Shown here piece after piece: positions 29,316 to 39,656 of a DNA stretch of 64,000 nucleotides. A program made the position numbers and the translations under genes. Each line of letters starts with the position of its first letter. Within the stretch, counting starts at the first letter, position 1. This DNA is from Candidatus Obscuribacterales bacterium. Its GTDB lineage: Bacteria; Cyanobacteriota; Vampirovibrionia; Obscuribacterales; Obscuribacteraceae. The stretch is from positions 3,232,001-3,296,000 of the forward strand of contig CBDDIJ010000003.1 in assembly GCA_965228855.1 (NCBI GenBank). Direction: 5' to 3'. The notes under the pieces are model-generated. The model made no database searches. It was not told where the DNA came from and was given only the letters and a program-made list of their open reading frames with translations.

Positions 29316-29744
29316 TTAAAGCTTCAGCAAGTTGCCGATTTCTTTCTCAACACTCGAAATCTCGGAATCGAAGCTATCAATCTGCTTTTGAATTTGCTTT
29401 TGAATTTTCTTCTCAACGAGCAGGCTGTCGCTCACGTTCGCTTTAGGCTGGACAACTTGCGTCATGTCGCGCTGATCGCGCGCGTAGATGTACTGGCTGT
29501 AAGGATTGACAGGCTGCTTAACGACAGCTTCACTTCCATCCGGAGTAACGGCTTGAACATACGTCATGCCAATCGCCGAAGGGACCAGTGTTGGTATGTA
29601 AGGTGGGGGCGGGGGAACGAGATAATTCTTTGCAGTGTGGGAACTTTTTCGCGAAGTCTTCGCCTCGGCAGACTCAGTACTCAGGGCGAAAGAACCGCTG
29701 AAGACGACGGCGAGGGACATTAGTGCTGCAACATTTCTGGTCAT
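29316..29744 (-). CDS. Exported hypothetical protein with poly-Pro motif
   Basis: Signal peptide ending AEA-K; NYLVPPPPPYIP. Confidence 0.7.
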   Translation of the reverse strand: MTRNVAALMSLAVVFSGSFALSTESAEAKTSRKSSHTAKNYLVPPPPPYIPTLVPSAIGMTYVQAVTPDGSEAVVKQPVNPYSQYIYARDQRDMTQVVQPKANVSDSLLVEKKIQKQIQKQIDSFDSEISSVEKEIGNLLKL

Positions 29745-30320
29745 TTGAAGGTCCCCTGAAGTCGAGGCTTTGGTGATCGCCAGCCTAACTTAATCTTACC
29801 ACTGCTCACCATTTATTCAATACCTGAGGGCTATTTCGTGAGCCATTTTGAAGAGCACGTATGATGGCGCGGATCGGATGTACAGAGGTTCTTGCCGTTG
29901 CTTCCGGGATCTTTTTGCCGACAAAATCGCAGCTCCGTCTGACCAAGCTCAGGAGTCCCGATGCACCGCCGGCGACACCGTTTCAGATCTAGCAAAAACT
30001 TGGCTCTATGGGCGTGGAGAGTATGCCTCGCTTGATTGACGAGACAGTTAGCAAACGAATCAAACTAGAAAACCTTACCACCGTATATGGTGCACTATTG
30101 CCAGACGGAACTATTCCAGCATTCAGCCAGAAGACCGAAACACGCATGTTGCGTCATTACATATTAGGACTGAACCATCTGGAAGCCACGCACGTTAAAA
30201 GGGTAGGCGAGGGTGCCCGACAGCTTCAACTAGAGAAGCGCACCCGATTTAAACGTTCAAACTTCGGTTAAGGGGAGAATTACGCTTCTTAGAATTGAGC
30301 CTAACTTGTATGCTCATAGT

Positions 30321-31829
30321 ATGAAGTATCAGGCGATTATGCTAACTCTGGTTGTTTTGCTGGCACTAGGCTGCTTTGTCCCGGATAAGCCTGCGCGCAT
30401 AAACAGCAGGACTGTCAGCCAAAGTTCAGCACACTGTTTAATTTCGAAGGGCGCGAAGTTACTGCCAGGAATCGTTACGTCAAGCCGATTCAATGCTCGA
30501 GAAATAGACGATCAACTTCAAGTAACAGACGCCTTTAACAGATCAATTGGATTAACCAATGAGACTCTCCGTTGCTTACAGCAAGGTAATAAGTTAATCG
30601 ATCTGAATGACGCTAAAGGCGCCATAGCATTCTTTGATCGTGCGATAAAGCAAAATCCAAAATATGCGTCGGCGTATACCAATCGAGGAATCGCGTTCTC
30701 CCAGCTCGGTGACAATTCGCGCGCAGCGATTGACCTCAAAAAAGCGATCGAGCTAAATCCAAAGGTTGCTTGGGCATACAACAATTTAGGCACTGTGAAG
30801 CACGAGAGCAACGATCTCAAGGGAGCTATCGACTGCTACACGCTAGCAATAGAATTGTCTCCAGACAGCAGAATTTTGGAAAATCGTGGATCCGCCAGGC
30901 AGCTTCTCGGAGACACTCGAGGCTCTTTAGAAGATTACAATCAGTCAATTAGTCTAAATCCGACATACGGTCGCGCATACGGCAGTCGAGCCTCTCTTCT
31001 GAAGGAGTTAGGACATGAACAGGGGGCGCTAAGAGACTATTCCGAGGCAATTTTTCTAGATCCTACAGATCATTGGGCACTTGAGTGTCGGGGAAATATT
31101 CTATCCCAACAAGGCAAATGTCACGAAGCCTTGGCCGACTACAGTAAAGCTATCAGACTTCAGGAAGCAGAAAATTTGAAATTCGGTGCAAATTATTCCA
31201 ATGATCGCATCATTCGTAAAACTAGTCTGGCGGGCACTTATTGCAATCGGGGGGCTGCCTGGAAAGAAATTGGCGATCGGAAGAATGCGATTCGAGATTT
31301 TGAAAAGGCTATCCAAATTGATCCGAAGTTCGTGTGGTCCTACTATCAATTGGGAACTGCGCGCTCGGACAAGCGGCGCGCAATAGATGATTTTACCCAA
31401 GCTATTGCTGTAGATTCGACATTTAGACCGGCGTTTCAAGAGCGCGGATTCGAGCGTCTTTCGCTCGGGGACAAGAACGGTGCGGTAGAAGATTTTAGCC
31501 AAGCGATCAAGCTAGACCCGAGCTATGGTATCAACTATCTAATGCGTGGATTTATCAATTCAGAAGTCGGAGATGTCGAGGGTGCTATATCTGATTTCGG
31601 TCAGGCCATCCGACTCGACTCGAGAATCCGCTGTGATGCTTATTGTGATCGTGGATGCCTGCGGGCAAAAACTGGCGACAACATGGGCGCATTTGAAGAT
31701 TTTAGAAACGCAATTCAAATTGATTTGCACAAAGCACTCGGTCATCTTCCTCAGCTCGGAAAAGACATCTTTGACAGAATAGCGAATTCAATCGCAGGCG
31801 ACGTCGGAGATGCGCTCGCAAGATTGTAG
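30321..31829 (+). CDS. Tetratricopeptide repeat protein, exported or lipoprotein
   Basis: About 11 TPRs of the AY.NRG..LGD...AI.DF..AI.L.P type; ALGC lipobox-like; ATG at 30321. Confidence 0.92.
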   Translation: MKYQAIMLTLVVLLALGCFVPDKPARINSRTVSQSSAHCLISKGAKLLPGIVTSSRFNAREIDDQLQVTDAFNRSIGLTNETLRCLQQGNKLIDLNDAKGAIAFFDRAIKQNPKYASAYTNRGIAFSQLGDNSRAAIDLKKAIELNPKVAWAYNNLGTVKHESNDLKGAIDCYTLAIELSPDSRILENRGSARQLLGDTRGSLEDYNQSISLNPTYGRAYGSRASLLKELGHEQGALRDYSEAIFLDPTDHWALECRGNILSQQGKCHEALADYSKAIRLQEAENLKFGANYSNDRIIRKTSLAGTYCNRGAAWKEIGDRKNAIRDFEKAIQIDPKFVWSYYQLGTARSDKRRAIDDFTQAIAVDSTFRPAFQERGFERLSLGDKNGAVEDFSQAIKLDPSYGINYLMRGFINSEVGDVEGAISDFGQAIRLDSRIRCDAYCDRGCLRAKTGDNMGAFEDFRNAIQIDLHKALGHLPQLGKDIFDRIANSIAGDVGDALARL

Positions 31830-31925
31830 ACAAGTTTTGAAATCGTTGGCTGTGAACTCCTGAAGACAAATCGATTAGAATGTATCGAATTCGATTGCCG
31901 TACAAGACTTTCAGGAGCCTCGTAG

Positions 31926-34331
31926 ATGCCCAGACCAGTTTCGATTGTATTGATATTAGTCTTTTTGCTCGTTGCAAATTTCAGTACGCTCGCACTCCCG
32001 GCAGCTTGCCAGGAAAAGCTTGTGCGCTCACTCTATGTGTCAGGTTTGCAAGATTACGAGCTGGGCAATTACAAAGAAGCCCTGAAGAAACTCCGCAAAG
32101 CGATGGCTCTTTCCGAGGGCGTAAAGTTCAACGCCTTCGAGCGCTCGCAGGGCTTACTCACTCTGGCTGAGACGCTGCGCTCATTGGGTCATTACGAGGA
32201 AGCCGAGAAAACTTTCAATGAGTCGATTAAATATGCCAATCAGGCAGGGTTCAGAAAGAACATCACCCTCTCCCGCGTTTACAACAACCTCGGCGTTCTC
32301 TACTTCGAAAACTCCGATTTCCCAAAAGCCGAAGCAGCCTGGAAAGAGTCTGAGAAGATAGGTTTTGACTTCAAGTATCTTCCGACAAACAACCTGGCTC
32401 GGCTATATCTCAAGTGGGGAAAACTGGCGGAGGCCGAAGAGTATCTGGCCAAGGCGAAGAAGTTCGCGACAGGCCTGCTCAACAACAAGGATATCACCCA
32501 GCCTTACTACTACTATAATCTAGCAACTTACAACAAGCTCAAAGGAAACTTCGACGAAGCCGAACAGAACTATAAGAAGGCTATCGCCGGAATTCAAAAA
32601 CTTGTCACCGATAGCCATGTCTACTACACGATTGTATTAATGGGCTTGTCCGAGCTATACATCGATCAGAGTAGATTCGAGGAAGCTGAGAAAGAAATCC
32701 GCACGATCGTAAAAACGCGGGAGAACGCCCTTGGTGACGAGAATCCGCTGGTTGCCGAAGCGTATGTTTTGCTTGCCACTGTGCTTGCCGACGAAGGTAA
32801 GTACAACGAGGCAAGAGAATTCGCCGGAAAAGCGATTGAATTGAACAACCGGATCTTCGAGGGCGGGGACAATCTCTTTGTCGCCAAGGCAAAGCACGCC
32901 TTCGCGAATATCCGAAGACAAGAAGGTCAATATGCAGAGGCCGAGCGGCTGCTCAACGAATCACTCAGCACGGTCAAAAAGATATTGGGAGCAGATCACC
33001 TGGAGGTCGCGGATATCGAGCGCGATCTCGCCAGTCTAAAACTTGACCAATCCCAATATAGAGAAGCTGAGACTCTCTTTCAGTCGGCTTCTAACATCGT
33101 GGCGTCGCGGACAGGCCCCGATCACCCTGAACGCGCGGAGCTAGCCCTGGACCTGGGCAATCTCTACCTTCGAGAAGGGCTCTACGACAAGGCGGAGATA
33201 CAATTTCTCCAGTCCCTGAAACTGTCAAAAGAGGTCTTGGGCGAAACTAGCCGCGCCACCGCCAGTAGTGCTCGGAAGCTGGGCGAACTCTATGTAAAGC
33301 TGGGCAAATCCGATGATGCGATTAACCAGTTGACCACCGCGTGTAATATCGACAAATCTATCTTCGGTGAGGAAGCCCCGCCAGTAGCAGCGGATTTGAT
33401 GGCACTCGCCGGAGCTTATGATTCAGTTGGCCAATCCGAGAAATCAAAAGAACTGCTTGCTCAAGCCAACCTGATCAAACAAAAGTTCTCCGGCGGCAGT
33501 GCAAACGTCAACATGCCGCAACTAACGGTTCCTGCTGCCTTTGCATCAAAAGACGATCGTCCAGTGCGTGACAAATGGGCTCTGGTTATCGGGATCAGCA
33601 ATTTCAAGGACCCATCCATCAATTTAAAATTTGCAGCAAAAGATGCGACAGACTTCGGCAACTTTCTTGTCACTTCTGAGAAATTCAAAGAAGACCATGT
33701 GAAGACTCTGACCGATCAGGAGGCGACGCGCGAAAACATTGTCGCCATGCTCGGCGAAAAATGGCTCGGGAAAAATGCGAAGGAAGACGACCTGATAGTG
33801 GTTTACGTTTCCAGCCACGGCAGCCACTCTCAAGAGGATGCCGGTGGTGTCAATTTTCTCGTCGCGCACGACACCGATAAAAACAGTTTGCTCGCCACAG
33901 GAATTCCCATGCAGTGGCTATCGAAAATGATTTCGGAGCAGGTTAAGTCCAATCGCGTAGTTCTCATACTAGACGTCTGCCACTCTGGTGCGGCGGCCCA
34001 GGGCGGAAAATCACTCAATCGCATTGCCGGACTCGCGCCGGATGTTTTCAAAATTGGCAGCGGTCAAATGGTTTTGTGCTCCTCGATGGCGGAGCAAGTT
34101 TCATGGGAGTCGAAAGAATACGAGAACAGCGTGTTTACCAGGAGATTGATTGAGGCGCTCAGAGTCAATAACGATAAGACCACACTTCTAGACGCGTATA
34201 ACCGCCTCAAACTTTTGGTCGAATCCGAGGTGTTGCGGGACCGCTCGAACCTGCAGACGCCGGTTCTCTGGAATGAGAAGTGGGTCGGTAAAGATCCGAT
34301 GCTGGCTGTCGATACAGCCACTGGCCACTAG
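31926..34331 (+). CDS. TPR-repeat protein with C-terminal caspase (peptidase C14) domain
   Basis: Signal peptide; kinesin-light-chain-type TPRs (LGADHLEVA); KWALVIGISNF, SSHGS (His) and LDVCHSG (Cys). Confidence 0.93.
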   Translation: MPRPVSIVLILVFLLVANFSTLALPAACQEKLVRSLYVSGLQDYELGNYKEALKKLRKAMALSEGVKFNAFERSQGLLTLAETLRSLGHYEEAEKTFNESIKYANQAGFRKNITLSRVYNNLGVLYFENSDFPKAEAAWKESEKIGFDFKYLPTNNLARLYLKWGKLAEAEEYLAKAKKFATGLLNNKDITQPYYYYNLATYNKLKGNFDEAEQNYKKAIAGIQKLVTDSHVYYTIVLMGLSELYIDQSRFEEAEKEIRTIVKTRENALGDENPLVAEAYVLLATVLADEGKYNEAREFAGKAIELNNRIFEGGDNLFVAKAKHAFANIRRQEGQYAEAERLLNESLSTVKKILGADHLEVADIERDLASLKLDQSQYREAETLFQSASNIVASRTGPDHPERAELALDLGNLYLREGLYDKAEIQFLQSLKLSKEVLGETSRATASSARKLGELYVKLGKSDDAINQLTTACNIDKSIFGEEAPPVAADLMALAGAYDSVGQSEKSKELLAQANLIKQKFSGGSANVNMPQLTVPAAFASKDDRPVRDKWALVIGISNFKDPSINLKFAAKDATDFGNFLVTSEKFKEDHVKTLTDQEATRENIVAMLGEKWLGKNAKEDDLIVVYVSSHGSHSQEDAGGVNFLVAHDTDKNSLLATGIPMQWLSKMISEQVKSNRVVLILDVCHSGAAAQGGKSLNRIAGLAPDVFKIGSGQMVLCSSMAEQVSWESKEYENSVFTRRLIEALRVNNDKTTLLDAYNRLKLLVESEVLRDRSNLQTPVLWNEKWVGKDPMLAVDTATGH

Positions 34332-34351
34332 CCACTAGCCACTAGCCACTA
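34317..34351. repeat. Heptamer tandem repeat (GCCACTA)4 plus one variant unit
   Basis: gccactg gccacta gccacta gccacta gccacta spanning the caspase stop, between convergent genes. Confidence 0.9.
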
Positions 34352-34383
34352 CTGATGGTGCCGCAGGTGCAACGGTTTGCGTT

Positions 34384-36513
34384 CTAACGAGCGTGTTCCT
34401 TGTCGGCAAGAAGTGATTTTTCAATCGTTGCTAAATCATCCTCATTATCCTCAGAATTCTCATTGGATTGAATATCAACGCCCGATTTTTCCATCGCCCA
34501 CTTCAAGAAAGGCGGTGCCATAATCGTGGTCGCAAGAGCCATCACTACAATAATTGAGTACGTATCCACAGTTAGAATGCCGAGCGAAAATCCAATTGTT
34601 GCAAAGATCAAACCCATTGCGCCGTAAGCGTTTATTCCACAACCCACCGCTACACATTGCCATGTTGGAAGTCCACCAAATTTGGCTCCGCAAAAACCAG
34701 AAACGATCTTGACCACGCAAACGGTGGCAGTAAAACTAAGTGTCGCCACAACCAGAGATGGATTCATCAGCACTGATAAATTCACATTCAATCCAGCCGC
34801 GGCGAAAAAAACAGGCGCAAAGATTGACATCATAACGAGACGAAGAGGATGCTCGATGCGTTCCACGATGGTCGGTGATTGACCGATCATCATGCCGATC
34901 GAGAAGGCGCCTAAAACCACATGAAGACCAAGATATTGAGTTGTCGCCGCCGCCAGCAAAACTAAAACAGCTATGGCGGTCAGTAAAGCGCCGTCGTTAG
35001 GCAAACTTCTGTCGATCCACTCCAATATTTTGAGCAGTTTTTTATAACCAAAAATCAAAGCGGTGACGAACAGACCGCCACCAATTATCACTTTCAAAAT
35101 TTTGGAATAATCATGGGCCTCGCCCGGATCTGCTAACAGCGCCACACCTGACAATAGACAACAGCCGAAGATGTCCTGAACAAGAGCTGCGGTGAGGATG
35201 ATTTGTCCCACCGATAGATGCATCAGCCTCATATCGACTAGGATTTTTGCAACGACGGGAACGGAAGAAACAGAAAATAATGCTCCTAGAAACAGCGATA
35301 GAGCCGGTCTGTGTTCTGGAGCAACAAGAAACTCTTCCGGTAAGAAATGCCCGAACAGGAACCCAATAACAAAAGGGATTAAAGATCCAAGAATTGCTGC
35401 TCCACTAGCGGGCTTCTTATGCTTTTTGATCAGCGCGAAATTGACTTCCATACCGGAGAGCATGAGCAGGAAAAGTACGCCGAACCATGAGACGACTTCC
35501 AGCAAGTTTGATTGCGCCTTTTCGACTGGAAACACAACAGCCGACAACTCAGGAGCAAGGGCTCCTAACACAGAAGGTCCAATCAAGATCCCTGCGACAA
35601 GTTGACCGATGACCCGTGGTTGTTTGAAGTATGCCACCACTTCGCCACCAACGAAAGCAGATAGGAGCAGGATTGCGACCTGGAGCAACAACAGCAATAC
35701 ACGATGTTCACGTAATACCGATACCGTGCCAAGCTTTTCGGCTCTGAGTGAAAGAGGCTGTAGCTGCTTTATTTGCGCTTTTAATTTGATAGCCCAGTCT
35801 TCAGCTAACGCGGCTTGAGTTTGTCCATACAAAGAAGCATCAGCCTTGCTGACTGCAACTATGATGAAGTCATCCAAGACAACGCTCGGACTGCCATCCA
35901 ACGAAGTCGCCGTACTAATCTTAGCCGGATCCATCTGCGCATTTTTGAGAATCTTCTCGATTCGCCGCGTCACAATACCTGCTCGTTCTTCGGCGGAGAA
36001 GCCGGGACTGTTCGAAATTGAGAATGAATGCCTCGACCCGACAGCGACCTCGGCAGATTCTGGATTTTCAAACTGCTCTTGTTCAAGTTGCTGCTGTTCC
36101 GAATCAGGGGCAGAACTGCTTGGAGAAATTGCAGAGGGAGAGTGGTCTTCAGTAGTTGGCGGCGAATCCTTACTTTGATTGATCTCTAAAGATGGAGCGA
36201 CATCCGGGAGCGCCACGCCACTGGCGTCAGAACCAGTAATTGCATTCGCGCTCGAAGATTCAGAGGACTCATGATTCGTTCCCTCTCGGACAACAGGATG
36301 TGTCGTCTCACTAGATTCACTTTGGCGAGGAGCAGCATCTGACGTTCTCTGTTCGAGAGAAACGTCTGGAAGTGATCTCACCGCCATTACAAATGGTTCA
36401 GTGTTGTTTTCCGCACTCTGAGACAATGCTTGTTGTGGAAAAACAATCGAGGCGATAAAACACAAGATTAGAAGCAGCACTTCAAGTCCTCGCGACATAC
36501 TTTCGCTCCTCAT
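34384..36513 (-). CDS. Cation:proton antiporter (CPA2) with long N-terminal extracytoplasmic extension
   Basis: QPRVIGQLVAGILIGPSVLG, SVSSVPVVAKIL, LGLHVVLGAF and FAPVFFAAAGL. Confidence 0.92.
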   Translation of the reverse strand: MRSESMSRGLEVLLLILCFIASIVFPQQALSQSAENNTEPFVMAVRSLPDVSLEQRTSDAAPRQSESSETTHPVVREGTNHESSESSSANAITGSDASGVALPDVAPSLEINQSKDSPPTTEDHSPSAISPSSSAPDSEQQQLEQEQFENPESAEVAVGSRHSFSISNSPGFSAEERAGIVTRRIEKILKNAQMDPAKISTATSLDGSPSVVLDDFIIVAVSKADASLYGQTQAALAEDWAIKLKAQIKQLQPLSLRAEKLGTVSVLREHRVLLLLLQVAILLLSAFVGGEVVAYFKQPRVIGQLVAGILIGPSVLGALAPELSAVVFPVEKAQSNLLEVVSWFGVLFLLMLSGMEVNFALIKKHKKPASGAAILGSLIPFVIGFLFGHFLPEEFLVAPEHRPALSLFLGALFSVSSVPVVAKILVDMRLMHLSVGQIILTAALVQDIFGCCLLSGVALLADPGEAHDYSKILKVIIGGGLFVTALIFGYKKLLKILEWIDRSLPNDGALLTAIAVLVLLAAATTQYLGLHVVLGAFSIGMMIGQSPTIVERIEHPLRLVMMSIFAPVFFAAAGLNVNLSVLMNPSLVVATLSFTATVCVVKIVSGFCGAKFGGLPTWQCVAVGCGINAYGAMGLIFATIGFSLGILTVDTYSIIVVMALATTIMAPPFLKWAMEKSGVDIQSNENSEDNEDDLATIEKSLLADKEHAR

Positions 36514-36800
36514 ATGCTGACCGTATCACTTGATTCTTTCTGATTTCTTTCGCCCCGCCTGCGACGCGCTGTTTGCGAAAGATTCATTAACGTCTAAGCA
36601 TGCAGGCAGCTAAACATCACCACAGAAGATTCGACTTCCAAGGAAAATCATCAGGAGGAATTCTACTCTGGCTCTCAAGCCATTGCGAGCAAACAACAGA
36701 GCGCAATCAAGTATCGGATTTGATATAGTCAGTTTACGTCGGCTTTCGCAGTCGACACGGGTTGTGACGTTCGCCGCGTTCAGGCTCATCTATAAAACTG

Positions 36801-38255
36801 ATGCATCTAACTAGATACTCATCGATAAATTTGTTCAGGGCGTTCGGATTTGCCCTGATCTTAGCCTTCTCCGGATTCACAAGTTCGGTTTTGGCCGCGC
36901 CAGATGCGCGTCCATCGACAGACTCAAAAAAGGATTTTTCTGAGGAAAAGAACGAACTCGAGCTGAGTAGGTATCCTACAATCCACGAAGTCGTGCTTCA
37001 GGTTTCTCATTCAAGGTTGTTTCGCACCGGCAATAAAATAAATCAGGTTTTCACAACTGAGCCAGGGGTCGCTGAACCTGTTGTTGTTGCCGAAAACCAG
37101 TTTGTACTTCTGGGCAAATCGAGGGGTACCACAAATATTGTGGTGTGGGACGATGTCGGGCATGTATCTAACATCAAGCTGCAAGTCGAACGGCGAATTC
37201 ATGGCGCTCACGACCAGGATCTTGCGGACCTGTCCGCCGATCGGAATTGTTTGAAGAATATGTGCGACGCATCAGAAGCGGATCAAATTGCGCTGGGCGA
37301 AGTTTGCAATTTAATCAGCAGAGAAAAGAAACGCGCTGCTCATCGGCAAAGGAATGCAACTCCACCTGACAGAAAACCGACTCCCGATCCATATTACGCT
37401 CAATTTCTCAAACGAGGCGCCGACCTTCGGAGCAAAATCTCATACGATCCGGCGGTAAGCCAAAAGGTACCATCTGGATCAATAAAGCTTGCCATTTCGC
37501 ATGCAACAATCATCACATCGCCGAGATCGCTAAGCTGCGCTATTTACGACCACAAACATGTCGAATACGTTCCGCTATCTGAGCAAGAACTGGCATTAAT
37601 TGGCAAATCGCCAGGCACATCAAAAATTAAAGTAACTGACGGTCACGGAAAGTCGCAGACTATCGAGATCAAAGTAGCCAGGGCGAACTCCAATCTGTTG
37701 GAAAGAATCATCAATAGATTGCATGACTTTTTCTCTAATCGATCTAACAATAGCGACTTGACCGTGCTACCCGTATCGTCGAAATCACCAATTGCTATCA
37801 CCGAAATTAGAGTTACGAAAAGGCTGAACGTACCAACCTCTCACCCAAAGCAAATCAAGCTACAAAACCGGGTCGTGAGAACATCAATAGGAGATCCAGG
37901 AATCGCTGAACCATTCGTCATCTCAGAATCGCAGATCGTCGTTGTCGGGAAGCGGTCTGGAAGCACCACTTTCTTTCTCTGGGACGACGCCGGCAATTGC
38001 GCAGGAATTGAGCTGACAGTTGCTGGCACTAAAAGTGGACTGCAGGAAATGGTCCGTAAAAGGAGTGCAACAGATACGGACGCTGGTGAAAACCAAAGAT
38101 CGACCGCCGAAGAACCAATCGCTCCACGAACCGAAACCGAGAATGAGGACATCGCACAAACAGAACAGCCACCCAGTTTAAATCACAACAAGCTTCACGA
38201 CATAATTATATGGTCTGGTAAGAGAATGGACATTCTCTCCGTGCCCAAGAGTTGA
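36801..38255 (+). CDS. Protein with three pilus-formation N-terminal (CpaC/RcpA-N-like) domains and no secretin barrel
   Basis: Three repeats of (D/E)PG.AEP.V....Q.V..GK..G.T...VWDD.G; signal peptide. Confidence 0.8.
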   Translation: MHLTRYSSINLFRAFGFALILAFSGFTSSVLAAPDARPSTDSKKDFSEEKNELELSRYPTIHEVVLQVSHSRLFRTGNKINQVFTTEPGVAEPVVVAENQFVLLGKSRGTTNIVVWDDVGHVSNIKLQVERRIHGAHDQDLADLSADRNCLKNMCDASEADQIALGEVCNLISREKKRAAHRQRNATPPDRKPTPDPYYAQFLKRGADLRSKISYDPAVSQKVPSGSIKLAISHATIITSPRSLSCAIYDHKHVEYVPLSEQELALIGKSPGTSKIKVTDGHGKSQTIEIKVARANSNLLERIINRLHDFFSNRSNNSDLTVLPVSSKSPIAITEIRVTKRLNVPTSHPKQIKLQNRVVRTSIGDPGIAEPFVISESQIVVVGKRSGSTTFFLWDDAGNCAGIELTVAGTKSGLQEMVRKRSATDTDAGENQRSTAEEPIAPRTETENEDIAQTEQPPSLNHNKLHDIIIWSGKRMDILSVPKS

Positions 38256-38368
38256 CCAGCCAAGAATCAGCGTGGAAGCTTCGTTCGAAAAACAATGCCC
38301 TACTTGATTCCTAATTCAAACTGGAACTAAAACTGATAAACCTAAACCATTCTTCGTGAGCAATTATT

Positions 38369-39526
38369 TTGATTAGCACCAATCGACACTATAAACCGCG
38401 CTCCGTTTTGATATCACGTACATTGGTGATCCTCTTGAGCACAGTCTTCGCATGGACAGAAAGCAGTAAAACTTCAGCTTCCAGCGAAGCACCTCCGACT
38501 CAAGACGCATTCAAGATCGAGTTCAAAGTATTGCAGAATACCGGCTGGACTAACGCGGGTCTCACCAACAACGAAATAGTATGCGCTCATTCGCGCCGTG
38601 GTCCAGATGGCAGCTGGAATGTGGCGGTTGAATTTACTCCAATTGGATACAGCAAATTCAGATTTCTGACAGCTTCCATGATCGGCTATCAGTTCGGAGT
38701 TTTTCTGAATGGTGCCCCGTCTTATGGTGCGACCAAAAGTCATGGGTTCCAGATACTCCAGCCATGCCCTTTAGCAATCCCGGGGAGATTCACTGAAGCG
38801 CAAGCGAAGGAATTGGCAGCGAAATTGAACAACCGCAAAACTAGAATTCAAAAGACCGACAAAGATTTGAAGCACATAAAACTTTCGACGACACTATCGC
38901 AAGAACGATTGTCGTTCGGTCAGAAGCAACTAGAGATGCTGCTCACCGATCGACCTGAGATGAAACCGTTTGTCAAAACAGGCGATTCTTTATGGAACTG
39001 GACGGTCAACCAATTTGCTGGTGAGGGAACTAAAAATAGAATACGCTGGGCTGGCGACTTTCCGGCCAACTCACCGTCAACAGTCGATTCAGCCATAACA
39101 ATATTTGAACAAGGGCCGAACGCTCTCAGACTGAGAAAGAGCAGCAGGTTTGGCGTTCCTGTTGATGGAGAAATGCTCTGGTCCCGGACCGTGTATGAAT
39201 TATTCAATGCGAGGGGAGCCAACGCAAATCTCCAGACGTTAAACGAGAAAGCCAAAAACGGCTTGATAACTCGGGAAGAATATATTCGGCAAATCGCATT
39301 GTTTGAATATGACACGTGGCGACAAACAATAGATTTTTATAAAACAGTTTGGCGGCCGCATGCAGAAGAGCAGAATCTCACGGAGAGCGATATCTACTGG
39401 CAGACGGACCTTCCCGCAACATTTGAAGAGTGGATGAGTGGTTTCACCGATCAAAGTGAGTATCCGTACAGCAGCTACGGGCAAGCGTTCGACCGAATCG
39501 TCGCTCAAAGAAAAGCTCCACAATAA
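38369..39526 (+). CDS. Exported protein with SecD/SecF P1-head-like domain and unknown C-terminal domain
   Basis: VAVEFTPIGYSKFRFLTASMIGYQFGVFLNG..IPGRFTEAQAKELAAKLN. Confidence 0.65.
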   Translation: MISTNRHYKPRSVLISRTLVILLSTVFAWTESSKTSASSEAPPTQDAFKIEFKVLQNTGWTNAGLTNNEIVCAHSRRGPDGSWNVAVEFTPIGYSKFRFLTASMIGYQFGVFLNGAPSYGATKSHGFQILQPCPLAIPGRFTEAQAKELAAKLNNRKTRIQKTDKDLKHIKLSTTLSQERLSFGQKQLEMLLTDRPEMKPFVKTGDSLWNWTVNQFAGEGTKNRIRWAGDFPANSPSTVDSAITIFEQGPNALRLRKSSRFGVPVDGEMLWSRTVYELFNARGANANLQTLNEKAKNGLITREEYIRQIALFEYDTWRQTIDFYKTVWRPHAEEQNLTESDIYWQTDLPATFEEWMSGFTDQSEYPYSSYGQAFDRIVAQRKAPQ

Positions 39527-39656
39527 GGACGCGAAAAAAACAAACGGAGCAACCAACGAGTGCTGAAAGCAACTCCTAGAGATAAAAAACTTCGCCAGAC
39601 CAACCCTGCGTCAAAATGTCGCAGACCGAGGTTCTCGCAGGTTTGGTCGCTTCGCA

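Noticed and set aside
29848..30271. Short ORFs of 63 and 87 aa
   Set aside because: No recognisable motif or clear RBS; coding status cannot be supported.
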